DNA of 64,000 nucleotides from Malacoraja senta (lineage: Eukaryota): positions 1,178,001 to 1,242,000 of the forward strand of contig CM075993.1 in the NCBI GenBank assembly GCA_038087875.1, read 5' to 3'. Shown here in pieces: positions 1 through 13,300 of this stretch (positions within the stretch are counted from its first letter, which is position 1; each line of letters begins with the position of its first letter). The notes below the pieces were generated by a model. It did no database searches. It was not told the DNA's origin and worked only from the letters and a program-made list of their open reading frames with translations. The translations under genes and the position numbers were made by a program.

Positions 1-1095
1 ACACTCAATCAGATTCAAAAGAACATTACTCAATATATCCTTTGCTTTGTGGGATATCTTCAATATTCATCTCATATCTCCTTTTCCTAAAAATGTTGAA
101 TCTTGTTGGGATGGGTTCTTTGGATGGCTGCAGTAGTTTCTTGTGAATTTGGTTCTGCCGCAGTTAACCAAAGGCATCGCTTCAATTGAGTTTATTTAGG
201 TTGAAAAGCTACAACAACCAGCGTCATTAGTTGTGGAACTAATGACACAAAGTGAATGATTCAAGAGATGAGTGCTTCAATAGGAAGCACATGAATATTG
301 TTACGCAAGTTCTGCATGTCGAGTTGGTGAAATTTACCAAATACAAAATATATAAATTCTCAGGCAAGAGACCAAATGTGAGTAATAATGTTCCTTGTCT
401 TAACGACTACCAACACAATTTTTTGTGAAGGTTCAGAAACTAGCATAACACATCATAATCTGTGGAAATGTAAACTAAAAAATCTCCAGTTGCTGCAAAT
501 CTGAAATAAAAGCAGAAAGTGCTGTAAATACTCAGATATAATAGGTTATTAACCTGAATTGGTAGCAATTATTAACTCTAACAATGTTTCTATTTTACAA
601 AAGCTACCTGCTGAGTATTTCCAGTACTTTATGTTTTTATGTAGATTCTGCAGAGAATCCAACTTGGTAATTTGGTTCATGAAGTCAGGGATCTGGTAGT
701 AAAATCTGCACTTCATTATTAAAAATAAATCCTATGCAATACATATAATGTGGGCTGTGCGTATTATACCTTGGTCTGCTGAAATTTAACAATTGGATCA
801 TTGTTAATAATCCAAGTAAAATTGCGCCCAACAAACAAGCTGGAAAATCTTTTGGGTTCAGGGCGTCATTACCTATGTGTATAGAAATGTAACTGCAGTA
901 CACAGAGTTAATATGACACCGTAATCCACAGGAAAGGGCATTGTGCTCAAGTATTGAGTGTTACCTTCTAAAATCAGATAGGTGAGGGAGGTTAAGCAGT
1001 TCCAGATGTCAGTATTGCTTTCTACTCCAGAGTAAGGGTCAGCAAAGAGATGCTCCAAGATTTGTCTTGCACCCAACTGGCCATAATTTATTTAC

Positions 1096-1308
1096 CATTT
1101 CTGAGTCACTGTAACAGGCCTGTCCGGCACTGTCCTTGGGCCTCAGCTCAGATCTAGGTTGGTTGGGGGAGAGAGGGGGTTCATTGGAGGGGTCATCATG
1201 CTCCTCTTCCTCAGTCTCGCCTTCCCCTTCAGCGTTAGTGCTCCTAGTCAAGAAATCAGAGCGGGTCCGCGCCATGCGGGCTCTCTTTTTGTGCACTGGT
1301 CTTGTAAC
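1096..1308 (-). CDS. MYO9A: MYO9A 213-nt tail exon ([22 protein letters not shown]...SDSEM), probable cassette exon
   Basis: atcag|GTT acceptor, ATG|gtaaat donor; phase 0-0, 71 aa; resembles an isoform-specific MYO9A insert I recall from mammals. Confidence 0.88.
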
Positions 1309-4300
1309 CTGATTGACCGAATAACATACAAAAATCAAAAACATGTAACTCCAAATGACGCAATGGGTCGCCATGAGCCCTGAGGAAGATTACACAAAAC
1401 ACACTAATGGCAAAAGAAAAGGCAAGTTATAGTAGTGAAGATTGTAAATACTGCAAGAGGTCAAAGCCATTGAGATGCTTAACAAAAACATACAAAGAAC
1501 CTTGTGAACAGTAGGACCATATGTAGTAGCGTTAGGGCGTACAGGTCAGGGCATTTCATGTTACATGGCATAACTGCTGGATTATTGAACGTTCTCTCCT
1601 CTGGTGACCATACCGCAATTTCAGCTGAAAAGTAAAGTTAGGGCGGCTGATGGTGACTGAATTGTGTTTTGATTAAGAGCCCCCATCAATGCCCACAACA
1701 GTCAAAGACTGATAACATTCAACACTCCAATTTACTCATGAACAGCAGCTCTTTGGATTGATGCAGCAAGATTACTTTCTCCTGTAGAACCCATGTCAAT
1801 CTACCCAAAACAGTTTGCTTGTTCATGAAATAGGGGTGTGGGGGAAATAAAAATATTAAGAAATCAAATTTAAAGGTTGAATCCTTTCATGCTTATTATG
1901 AAAACTCATGGGTAAAGGATCACAAATCTCCAGTTTGAAGCTGTGATCTTGTTATGTTCCACAGCTGGGCATTGTACAAGATTAAATTTGAATAAACCTT
2001 ATTCACCACAGACTTGTGCTCCCTTCACCACCTCCATCATCATGTCCACAATTTCACAATCTACCAAACAAGATTAAATTGCTTACATCAGCTACTTTTA
2101 CGAGTGATGATCTTGCCATCTTTTCTCTGAAAGCTTCATCTTCTTTGGAAAAAGCAGGAGATTTTTCCAGATTCACAGAATCTTTGTCAATCCTGTAAAG
2201 TGCAGTATTAATAATGAATAATACTCAGAGTGAAAGCAGTTTTCTCTGGATTTAACAGCATAAGCAATTGGGACTTAATCTCCATGAGTAAACACAATGA
2301 CCATCATAGGCTGAGCCATACACCTAGGTACTTCAGGATGTGTCCTAAACCTTGGAGCTCAGCAGCTCAGGCAACAAATACCATCTTCTCCCTGGGTTAG
2401 ACAGGACAGACTGCATGTTGCAGGGAAAGGAAATGGTGGGTAGAGTCCTGGATTTCCATCCCAACTTTCTGTCCCAGGAATCATGCTCAACTATACATCA
2501 AATGGAGCATTTAATTCAAGGTGGTAATTCCTTGCAGTAATGAGGAAGTGCAGCACCATCGAAAGCTGCCATCATTTAGATAGAAAGTTAAAGTATTTAC
2601 CCGCAACTGTGACTACCTTTCAAAAAGACTTCATTAGGCGTAGAACACTTTGGAATGTCCCGATGGTGTGATATATGCTGTACAAACCCATTCACAAAAT
2701 TATGATTAAGCTTAGTTGTTATGCTGCTGTGGTTATAAAGACTAGTGTACAAATAATAGCTATTAGGTGAGTATCAGAGGGCTGAGATTAGACAAATATA
2801 ATTTAACTATCTAAATTCCAGCTCTATACTCAATTACATTTTGGGGATTCCCTCACAGTTCAACATCTAAGTCATTCATAGAGCTGTACAGCATGGAAAC
2901 AGTCCTTTTGTCCCACCTTGCCCATGCCCTTCCCACCTTGGCCCATCACCCCCTAAACCCTTCCTATTCATATCATTGTCCAGATACCTTACAAAAGTCG
3001 TAATGTGCTTCTACAGCTTCTCCTGGCAGCTTATTCTAGATATGGATTACCCACTGAGTGAAAAGGTTGCCCAAGGTCCCTCTTAGCCCTCTCCCATCTC
3101 ATCTTAAGCCAATGTCCACTAGAAAAGACCGAGAGTATTCACTTTACCCATGCTGCTCATGATCTTGTACACCTCACTAAGGTCCTTCAGTAGAATAGAA
3201 AGAAATCCAAAATCATTTGGAGCTGTGGGTGAAATACTTCAAAACAATTTACCCTTATTATGTTTTAAATGATTCTTAGATTACACTCTCTTCTCCTTTG
3301 TGTTACATAGTCATTAGTCAACTTTCAACACTCAATTATGAACTTGCACCTTAAATTGAACACTGTGCATGTTTTGGCAAGCAAGTGAAAGTGAGAGTTA
3401 GCGGCTCAGCAATGAAAATAGCTGTGAAATATATTGATGAATTGAACTTTCTTATTCTGTATATCTGGGTGTCACTGGCAAGGCCACTATTTATTGCCCA
3501 TCCTCTAACTACTGAACAAATCTAGGCCTCCTGGTACTCCCACAATGCTGTTGGGTAGGAATTTTTAACATTTAAACCCAGAGATATATTTCCAAATCAG
3601 AATGTATGCAACTTGGAGGGGAATCTGCAGGTGCCAGTATTCTCCCAGGCCAGCTGCCCTTGCCTTTCTTGTTGGTGGAGCTCGCGAGTTTGGTCAGTGC
3701 CGTCCAAATAGCCCTGATGAATAACCGTAATACATTTTGTACATAACATAGGACATAAACCAGTTGGCAAATTAACCAACCAATCTTTGGGATGTGGTAG
3801 AAAACTGGAGCACTCAGAGGAAACCCAGGCAGTCACAGGGAGAACATGCAATCTCCACACAAACACTACTGGAGGATTGAACCTGAGTTGCTAGAGCTGT
3901 CAGCAGCAGTGGTGCTAGCTGCACCACTGGGCCATTCTGATGGTGTTGAACCTCTTGTAGTTGCTGCAGCTGCACTCATCCAGACAAGTGGAAATGATTC
4001 CATAATGGACTGGACTTGTACCTTTCATTTGGTGGAAAAGCTCGGAGGCGTCAGGAGGTAAGTCACTCGGCACAGGACTGTATCTTATTGTCATGGCTTC
4101 ACAAGGCTGCTCGGTTGACTTGGATGTCCAGGATATTGGTGGTAGTATAATTCACCAATGATAATGACACAATGTCAAGAGTTGGTCAGACATGCCTCTC
4201 TTTGTGAGACACATCATTGCCTGGTACTATTCTGCCATGAATGTTACGTAGAAAACTTTCAAAAGGTCCTGTTTCTTGAGCTATGTCATAAGGTCATACG

Positions 4301-7300
4301 TGATAGGAGTACAATTAGGCCATTCGGCCCATCGAGTCTATTCTGCCATTTGATCATGCCTGATCTATCTCTCCCTCCTAACCCCATTCTCCTGCCTCCC
4401 CATAATTTATGTGGGGGGAGTTTATTTCTGTAGTTTATTATTTTTCCTTGATTTAAAGAGATAACTGCATAAAATGTGAATATCATTGAAATGGAACAAG
4501 CAAATAAGCCTTTCCGAACCAGGCCAGTTTCTTCATCGCTCTCCACCTAAGCCTCACTGATTATTCCACTGCTGCTTATGTTAGTGCTCTATTAGAATTT
4601 GTTTTGAGCAGACTTTAACCGAGTTTATTTATACTCCAGACTAATCAAGAAAAATAACTTACTTGCTCAGTGTATTCTTGTCTTTCGGCAAAAAGAATAA
4701 GACGTTGTTCCTGTCCTTGGCTGTATAATTGGTCGACTCTTCTTTTGTGCTTGCACGCGCTTTTTGAGGTTGAGCCTGTGGGAAGTGCTCTGAACTGGGA
4801 AGAGTTTCACGGGACTCCAAGCTCAGCTTAGGGGCCCAGCCGTCTGGCTTATTGAATTCCTGTTGGCCACTTGGTTGCAGCTCCTTAATTTCAAAAAACA
4901 TCGTGACAGGTCTATTTCTTCCTGTGGACTGACCCGAGGTATTGTCAGTATTTAAAGATTCCGCAGTGTTCAATAACTTAGACTCAGTGTCTGCTGCTGA
5001 AAGCGAATCAGAACTGATAGCTCGATCCCATTTTCTGTCTTGCTGCAGAACAAGAAAAGACTGAGGCCTGTCTGCCTGCGTGCTTGGAGATTTGTAAAGA
5101 ACCTGAGGACAATCATTCTGTCTGCCCTGCTCTATCTTCTGTAGAGCTTCCCCTCGCTGTCTCTCAAACATATCCTTCTCCTGCTTTTCAAAAACTTTGC
5201 GTTGTTTCTCAAGGATTTCTTTCTGCTGCCTTATCTGTTCCATCATTTCCTTCTCATTTTGCTGCCGTCTCTGTCTCTGTCTCTCTGCCTGCTGTACATT
5301 TAACCATTCCAACTTTTCCAGAATTGTGGTCTGTGGGAAGGAATCCATGTTTGCGTCCATGGCAGGTTCCACTGCGGCAGATTCACCATAGAGCGGTGAG
5401 GCCTTGTCATCTTCCGCTCTGCTTGTTTTGGGTCTGATGGTAGTGTCTTTGAATTTATGGCTGTCAGTACCTACAGCAGTAGTGTCATTTGGCACAGGGC
5501 TACTATCTTGATTTGGCAACAAGCTTGAAAAACTGGATTCCTGCTTAGCCAATGGTCTAGGACTGGGAGACCAATCTTCCGAACTTGATCTTTGAAAATC
5601 ACACTCCTTGTTGGCTGTTCCTGGAGACATGGAAATATGACTATGAGAATTAGTGTTAGCATGAGAACTGGAAGACAGGTTATTTCCATTAAGTTGGAGG
5701 TCAGTGGACAGACCGTGATCAATGAACTTTGGACTAGGTGAAAGATTATCCTGAGTAGTATGTAGGCCGGAATCAGAGACCAAGTCATCAGAAACAGTTA
5801 AAGATAGTTTTCTCTTATGGCCATCATCACCACTGGGTACCTCAAAACTACCTCTCGAGCTCTCACTGTCTGGTGTTCCCTGAGGAGACAAGGAGTTTAC
5901 ACTGTCAGAAATCAGCTCATTGGACCACCGCCCTTCCTCTGAGGGAGACACACCTCCTGACCTCACCTTCAGCAGTCCAAGACTGAATATGGCCTGCTCC
6001 AATTCTCTCATTCTCCGACTGTTTCGTTTGGCACGCACCACTTTCTGCTTATCGGGGTCTCCGGGCAACGACTTTGGTCTCTCCCTCACAGTGACACACT
6101 GGAGCAAATTTGCACTATTGGCAAAGTTGAAAGTTCCAGCCTGTATATCTGCAGATCTATCATTGCAGTCAGCAGGTACACCCTGAATGTCATTGTCTTT
6201 CAAAACAGGGCTCTCATTCAGTTCAGATTCCAATTTTTTTAGATCAGATACAGCGAGCTGAGAAAGATTTTCGTCCAAGTGTTCATCCAATCCTCTTTTT
6301 TGTTCATCATCCAGCTGTTTTTTTTCTTTACACTTTTGTCTTTTCAATGCCTGAAATCTAAAACAAGAAGCAAAAATTCAATTGTGATCATTAAAGGGGC
6401 TGGAATTTATGTGTTTTTGTTCGGTTAAAATGCTCTCAATGCTCATTGCATAATTATACTTAAATTCTATTCAAACAATGGTTTCAAATTCAATCATCGC
6501 AGGTGCAAAAATACTATAACTCACCTCAACAAGCCACATGGGGAGGGAGGGAGAAAGAGCGGGAGAGAGAGAGAGTGAGAGGGTGGGAGACAGTGCGAGA
6601 GAGCGAGCGAGAGGGCAAGTGCGCAATGAGAGAGAGAGGGCGAGAGAGAGTAATTACCCTCCAGTAATGATAACCTGAATGCAAATATGAGTAGCAGTAA
6701 GTGTATCTGTGACTGACATGCTGGATACACACACTCAGTACTGCTGCAGCTGGTCATGAATATAATTTAATTGTAAGGTATGCAAATAAGAAGCAAAAAC
6801 AAGTCTTGTATTATTACCTGCGTCGCACCACAAATCCTCGGTTTGCTGCTTGAATTTTAATGATGCTATCCCTGAAAGCTCTGTACGTTTGCATTTCCTT
6901 GTACCTTCTCCAATATTTCTGAATGCAGAGTGCTGCAAGCTTGTACCTGCAATAATCACGCCAGCACCTTTGTATAACAATAGCTGCATCACGCATTTGC
7001 AAGTACATCTTTCTCTGGCTGTAGCCTTTCCACACAGCCTGAATAGTAGTTGCTGCTGCATCTGAGACACTGGGGTCTGTGTAGATGAGGTTCTGACTCA
7101 TTTTGTAGTTTTGCCAATAATTCTGCAAAGAAATAATGAACAAAATTGAGAAAATCTAGAATATCATCACATCTGTTTCTGTTTGTGTTGCCATGAAAAT
7201 CAACATTGTTAAAAAACATTTTGCAAAAAGGACATCCAACAGCGTGTTCTAAATATGCACATAACTAGTCAAGGGGTGTGTGTACACTGACAAGAAATAG

Positions 7301-10300
7301 TTAACAGCAAGGTTTAACCACCTCTCTGTTCACATCCAACCTGCAAAGCCCTAAAGAAAACTGGTTTGGGCAGACTTAGTCCAATCACTAGTAGGAACCC
7401 AAATAAATCTGGCAAGGAATTGACAATTAAACTAATAAAGCAAATCACCAAGGAACAAGAAAATAAAGTCACCATACTCAGATGTTTCAAACAGAATGAA
7501 ACAGTAACAGCAGTTGTGTCCAGCCCAATCATGGGTATTCACCTCCCCATCATCAAAAGGATCTGCCTCATAAAGGAAGCTAATATCGTCAGACTCTCAC
7601 CGCCCTGGCCACGTTCTAACCTTGTTGCTACCAATGGAAAGAAGGTAGAGAAGCCCGAAAGCCGTCTCTGCCGGGGTTCAAGAATAGATTCTTCCCAGCG
7701 ACAATCAGGCTCTTGAACCCCACTGCACGGCACTAACCACAACCCTACCTCAGCAACAATCTATTATGGACATTATTTCAGTTTGCACCATGAATTTGGG
7801 GTTTGAACTATAATGGTCTGATCACCTAGTATTACTAGTTATTAATTTATTGTATTACTGATTATTGCATGCATATTTGTTGCATTATTGTTAGAAGTGA
7901 AGCAAGTAAGAATTTCATTGTTCCATTTCCGGTACATATGACAATGAAACACTCTGAGCTCTGCTTTGACTCCTGCTATCAAAACAGAATCAATCAAACT
8001 TTATGGCACAAGCTGCCTTTTGCAGACAAGCATGAGAGGACAAACAATGTGTAAAGTGCAGAGTTGCTTCACCTTAAGAGGGGCTCCCTCCCAAGAGTAG
8101 TATTAAACCTGTGTACTGGGCTCTGCTATGATCATGGCAGCTTTCAGTTCTGTACAAACCTGTATCACAACCGCAGCTCGTTTCATCTGCAGGAACTGTC
8201 GCCGTTCAAGTGCAGTGCGAAACCACCTCTGAAGCAAAATTATTCTCCTAAGGACCTCCTTGTGTAGCATGTTTTGCAATCTTTGACGCTCACTCTCCTT
8301 CATAAATATCTACAGAGGAAGATGCAGGACAAATGCAACAAATATTACACAGCAAAGAACGCATGAACAAGTAAATACACAGATGTGATAATGTCCACTG
8401 AAACAGCACCACCAATGAAGCAAAACATTTCTGTGTACTACATAGTGTGAGAAAAAGAGACTGCAATGGTATTTGATAACAGTCAGAAGGACGGAACTAA
8501 GGCAGAGTCTAGGGATCTTAGAGGTGCAGAATGGCCAAGGTTATGTTCCTGACAGTGGTCAAGGTGTTGGTGTATTGGTGTTGGGTAACTGGGAAGGGGT
8601 GGTTCAAATTCTCAACTTGAGCCTATCTAGCTTTCTGGTGACTCATGCCTAAAGGTACAAATGGATATTGGATGGAGGAAGCATTACAGTCAAGTTCAAT
8701 CCTCAAACCTACAAACTTTTACCATCAAACTCGTCAAACTGAGGAAGGGAAGCTGTGGTTCAACTCATAACTAACATGAACAAATGCATTCAGAAAACCA
8801 AACAGATGTCTGCCATTAAAGGAAGATGTTTCATCTTCTCTTTGAGCAAATACAGCCACTTTTGGAAGAGGCAATGAGACCCCCCGGTTGTATCAGAAAT
8901 ATTGTAACACACCCTTTACGAGCTTGTGACTCTAGAGTAGGATTTCAGAGCATCATACATTTTGTTGTCATTATAAATTTACATGATGGCTTCTAACGGT
9001 ACATTAAGCCAATCCAGCCCATTTGCTGTTTCATACTGTAAAACGCACCATTGTCTCGCCTACTTGATAGTTGTTTGTGTTGAGGTTTACACTTCTCACA
9101 AAATCCCGAATACTGCGTTGAGAAGAGGTGGTACTTTGCGGCAAAAGCACATGGAAATGATCGGCGAATTCCTGAAATATTTCAAAACACATCTCACGTC
9201 ACCTGTGTTGAGCACATCAAATAAAGCACTCTACTGCTCGGGAAGGCATTACCCAGGCACAACGGGAAGAGAAACCAGATAAGGATTAGAATCCAAATCC
9301 AGGATGCACTTCCCCCAGCAATAAAAATGACATTACATGCATGCTGAATCACCCACTAGGATCCAACCAGGCGCTGTTGAATGCGATGATCTCAGCAAAG
9401 GCAGCAATTGAATCACAACAGTAGGTAGTGTTGCAGCAGACAAAGAGAACAGAAAATACAGCTAGACTTCCACTCCTGATCACAACATGGATTCCTGCCA
9501 GAAATACACTCATGAATGTGAATGTCGCCACAGACATTCAGATAGCCTGATGACATTTAGATCATGATTTGTATTTGAAGAACAGACAATTTAGTGGTAC
9601 CAGGGTGTGGCGGAAAGGGGGGGGGGGGATGGAAATAATAGCGCCCATGAACTGCAAACTGAATAACTGTCGGAGAGGTGACAAATCCTGAGGACCTTCA
9701 TTCTAAAATTACTCTATAAAGGAAAAGTAATTGGAATGAGCCTACCAGACAGGGTATAGATTTGGAGATAGTCTGCTCTGTATAGAACTGAAGATAAGGT
9801 CACAGATGTTAATGCAAACAACAATTTCTCACCTTATCTGACAAATTTTAATTTGTTGATAAAATAAAGTGCAAATTGACCCAAGTCTAGAGAAGTTTAC
9901 ATAATTCCACCAGCTTTTAGCATTTGGTGCAATGGGGTTTAGATATTTCAATCACTGGAATTCAGTTCAACTTGTAATCAACTGGTTTACGATATTTATG
10001 GTGCACCTTTTAAATTGATACAATTTATAAATCCAATTTAAAGCAGAATTATGCATAAAAAAACAAAACTCACGAGTAATCAGAGGTACTTGCCTGGAAT
10101 GTGTACTTAATACTGTAGCCTGATTGTCGGATCCTGACCGTTTCCAGCATGCCTGTATACCGCAGTTGTCTCAGGACTAGATGATCATTGAAGCGCAATG
10201 GAAGCTGTCAAGTTGACAAAAATAAATGTAGCCATGTCCTGCATTCACAATTGTTCCCACCTTGCCTGACAAACGCAATGTGCTCACTTGATCCTAATCT

Positions 10301-13300
10301 TTTTGACCACATTTCTTCCATTTACAACCTTTCCAGATGCCTAAAGAAAGGTCCCCACGCACCATGTCTCCTATCCATGTTCTCCATAGATACTGCCTGT
10401 CCCGCTGAGTTACTCCAGCATTTTGTGTCTATCATCTTGTAATGAGACTGGGTTTCAGATGTACACTGGGCACACCAAGATCCATTACTCTGCCACTCAC
10501 TTCTATTTCAGAATAGTTGAATAGGGTGACCTGTTCAAAAGCCACCACCCCCCAACCATGCTTCAGACTGCCACACCAGTATTTAAAAAATGCATTCTCA
10601 TAACAGACTTAGACCTACCCCTCCATAATCTCATTCAGCCTTAACTGCACCCCTGAGAAACCTCTTTAAATGTTAATGGCTTTATGCAAGTGCAAACTAT
10701 TATTCTAATGAATTATAATTATTATAATGTTGCTCTCTCCAAAGATTTCCCATCCTCTCATGTATTACTAGCAATTGCTAGCATTTCACCTATCTGTACA
10801 ATTTACCCTGTTCTACCAAGTTTAGTCTTCAATTCTGGTTTCTCAACTAATTTGTCATTAAATTGAGGAATAGATACAATACCTTTTCTGCATTTGATCG
10901 GATGCACTTGACAAAGTAAGGCTCTGCCTGTCCCAAGGTCTCCATGAGCTTATTGAGAGAAGCCTGCATGAGGAAAAAAATTGTTGTAAATGAGTAATTA
11001 CTCCATCAACAAGATAAAATGTACACAATGACAGAAAATAAAATGACATTAATGCACCTCCTATGCTGAAGATAAAGCATTACACAAAATGCAAGTATAA
11101 TCGAAGCACTATGCTCTGTGGTCCCTCCCATACCGAGCTGAATGGTAATGAGCAACAAAAGTATTAACAGGAGATGGATACTCCAAGAACATCCCCGTCC
11201 TCAGTGAGAACGGAGGTCATTTATAAAATGCACAAATGGGCAACGGAAGCAATGGGGAAAAATCCTATCATCCCACTTTACTTGAAACTTAAAGAGTCAT
11301 ATCCATGCCATGTGGAAAAAGGTTTTTAAAAAGTTATACAGAAGGATGATTTACTATCTGAAATGAATTGTCTTAAAGGCATAGACTTAGAATTCACACA
11401 AATGGCACTTTCAGTAAATCAAACCTTACAAGGTATTGCTCACAGGGGAACTCTTCTCAAGTTAAGAGGTGAATACGATAATTATCCCCAACAGCTCATG
11501 TCAATTCTTAATTAAATGCTCTTCTTAACCACCTCAGAAATAGTTTATTCAAGGCATGGTGCGGCAAGAAGCCAACCAGCTGAGGTTATTTAATGTACAC
11601 AGAATGCTAAGGTGCAAGAGAAGTAAGTTATGGTGAATCCATGTTTTTAGTCCTCATTATATCCATACCATTCAATGTTTATTTGTTATTTTCTACGTTC
11701 CTGAGATTTGTAGGGCAGGTTATAACTCTCTTAAGTGATGTGAACGACCTACATGTGCAGGCATGAAAGATATCCCAAAACAAAAAAGATTCAAAGAGTT
11801 ATCAGAAACCATTGGATTACTGGCTACACAGTGAACACATACGAGTATCTGGATCTAGTCGATGAAGATGTGGCATTGAGCGCAAAATATTCAAAAAGAA
11901 AATGTCAGAGGAAAGAACCCACTTACCTGGAATTGAGCACTGATGCTGGGTGGCTTTTTCTTTTTGTGCAAGTGGAGTAGAGACTTGGTGATGCGGTCAT
12001 GAAGTGTCAGGCTAGCCAGATACTTCAGTGACTTCACATCTAATAAGTGCTGCAGAATGGAGAGAAACACAAAGCACCATTTTAAAACAGTTGGCAGCAC
12101 TGCCTCAAATGTTCTCTATGGTTTAATCAGCGCTAGCGGCGAGTAAGTTGGAATGGAAAGATCAGCGAGAGACATTGACTACATTCTATGTACATGTTCA
12201 AGTTTATTGACATATGCCAAGTTCGGTGTGGTACAGGTACAATGAAAAATCTTACTTGTTGCTGCATCCCAGGTACGGAGATTCAGACATGTACACAGAA
12301 ACAAGTTATAAATAAATTATATATGAAATTCCAAAAGAAAGAAAAGACTGCAAAAAAAGAGATTAGTGCAAAAACGTAATTGAAACAAAAACAAGTCGTT
12401 GGTAGTGCAGGAGATGAGCAGTGTTCTGTTGTTGAGGTCGGATTAGGGTTATGTAGGTTGGTTCAAGAACCTGATAGTTGTGGGAAACTAGTTATTCCTG
12501 GTTCTGACGGTGTGGGATTTGAGACTTGTGTACCTCATGCCTGATGGTAGAAGTGAAAAGAGGGCATGGCCCCAGTGGTAGGGATCATTGATATCTTAGT
12601 GAAATATGCAAACCATAACACAAGGAAAGTACGAGGGAAAGATGGAAATGTTCTAATTCATTCACTAGATGTGGACATTGCAGCTAATGCCACCACTTAC
12701 TGTCCAAACCAAACTATCCTGATCTGATGAGACATTTAAAAGACAACTACGTACATGGGTGGGTCAGAACTCGTGTTGACCAGACTAGATAAGGACAGCA
12801 GATTTCCTTCCCCAAAATACACCAGTGAACCAGATGGGTTTATAAATAATACTGTTGTTTTGTAATGGTATTTTCCTGAGACTAGTTTTATTTTGAAATC
12901 TATTTAAAGACAAAATGAAACTTTTATGAATATTTTTGTGGACTTTTCTGACCACAGCATGGGAAGAAGTCAAGAAGGCACACAGAATGGAACCAGACAC
13001 CTTGTCACCATGTCCATGCACCTACATACACCAATCCCACACTATTCTCCCTACGTTCCCCTCACTTCACCTCAGATCTTACCCCTCACCACACACAAAT
13101 GTCACTTTACAGTTGCTGATTAACCTAACCATCTGCATGGATTGCAATCAGAGATGCAGCGTGGAAACAGGCCCTTCAGCCCACCGAGTCCACGCCGACC
13201 ATAAAGAAGCAATCAATAAAGAGCCTGGAAATAAAGCACAATTAGCTCCAAGTCCAATGCAGGAATTTATTCAGTAAACATTAGCTTGTGAAGCTGGGTA

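Noticed and set aside
5084-6186. Plus-strand and alternate-frame ORFs over the large exon
   Set aside because: Shadow ORFs of the MYO9A coding exon.
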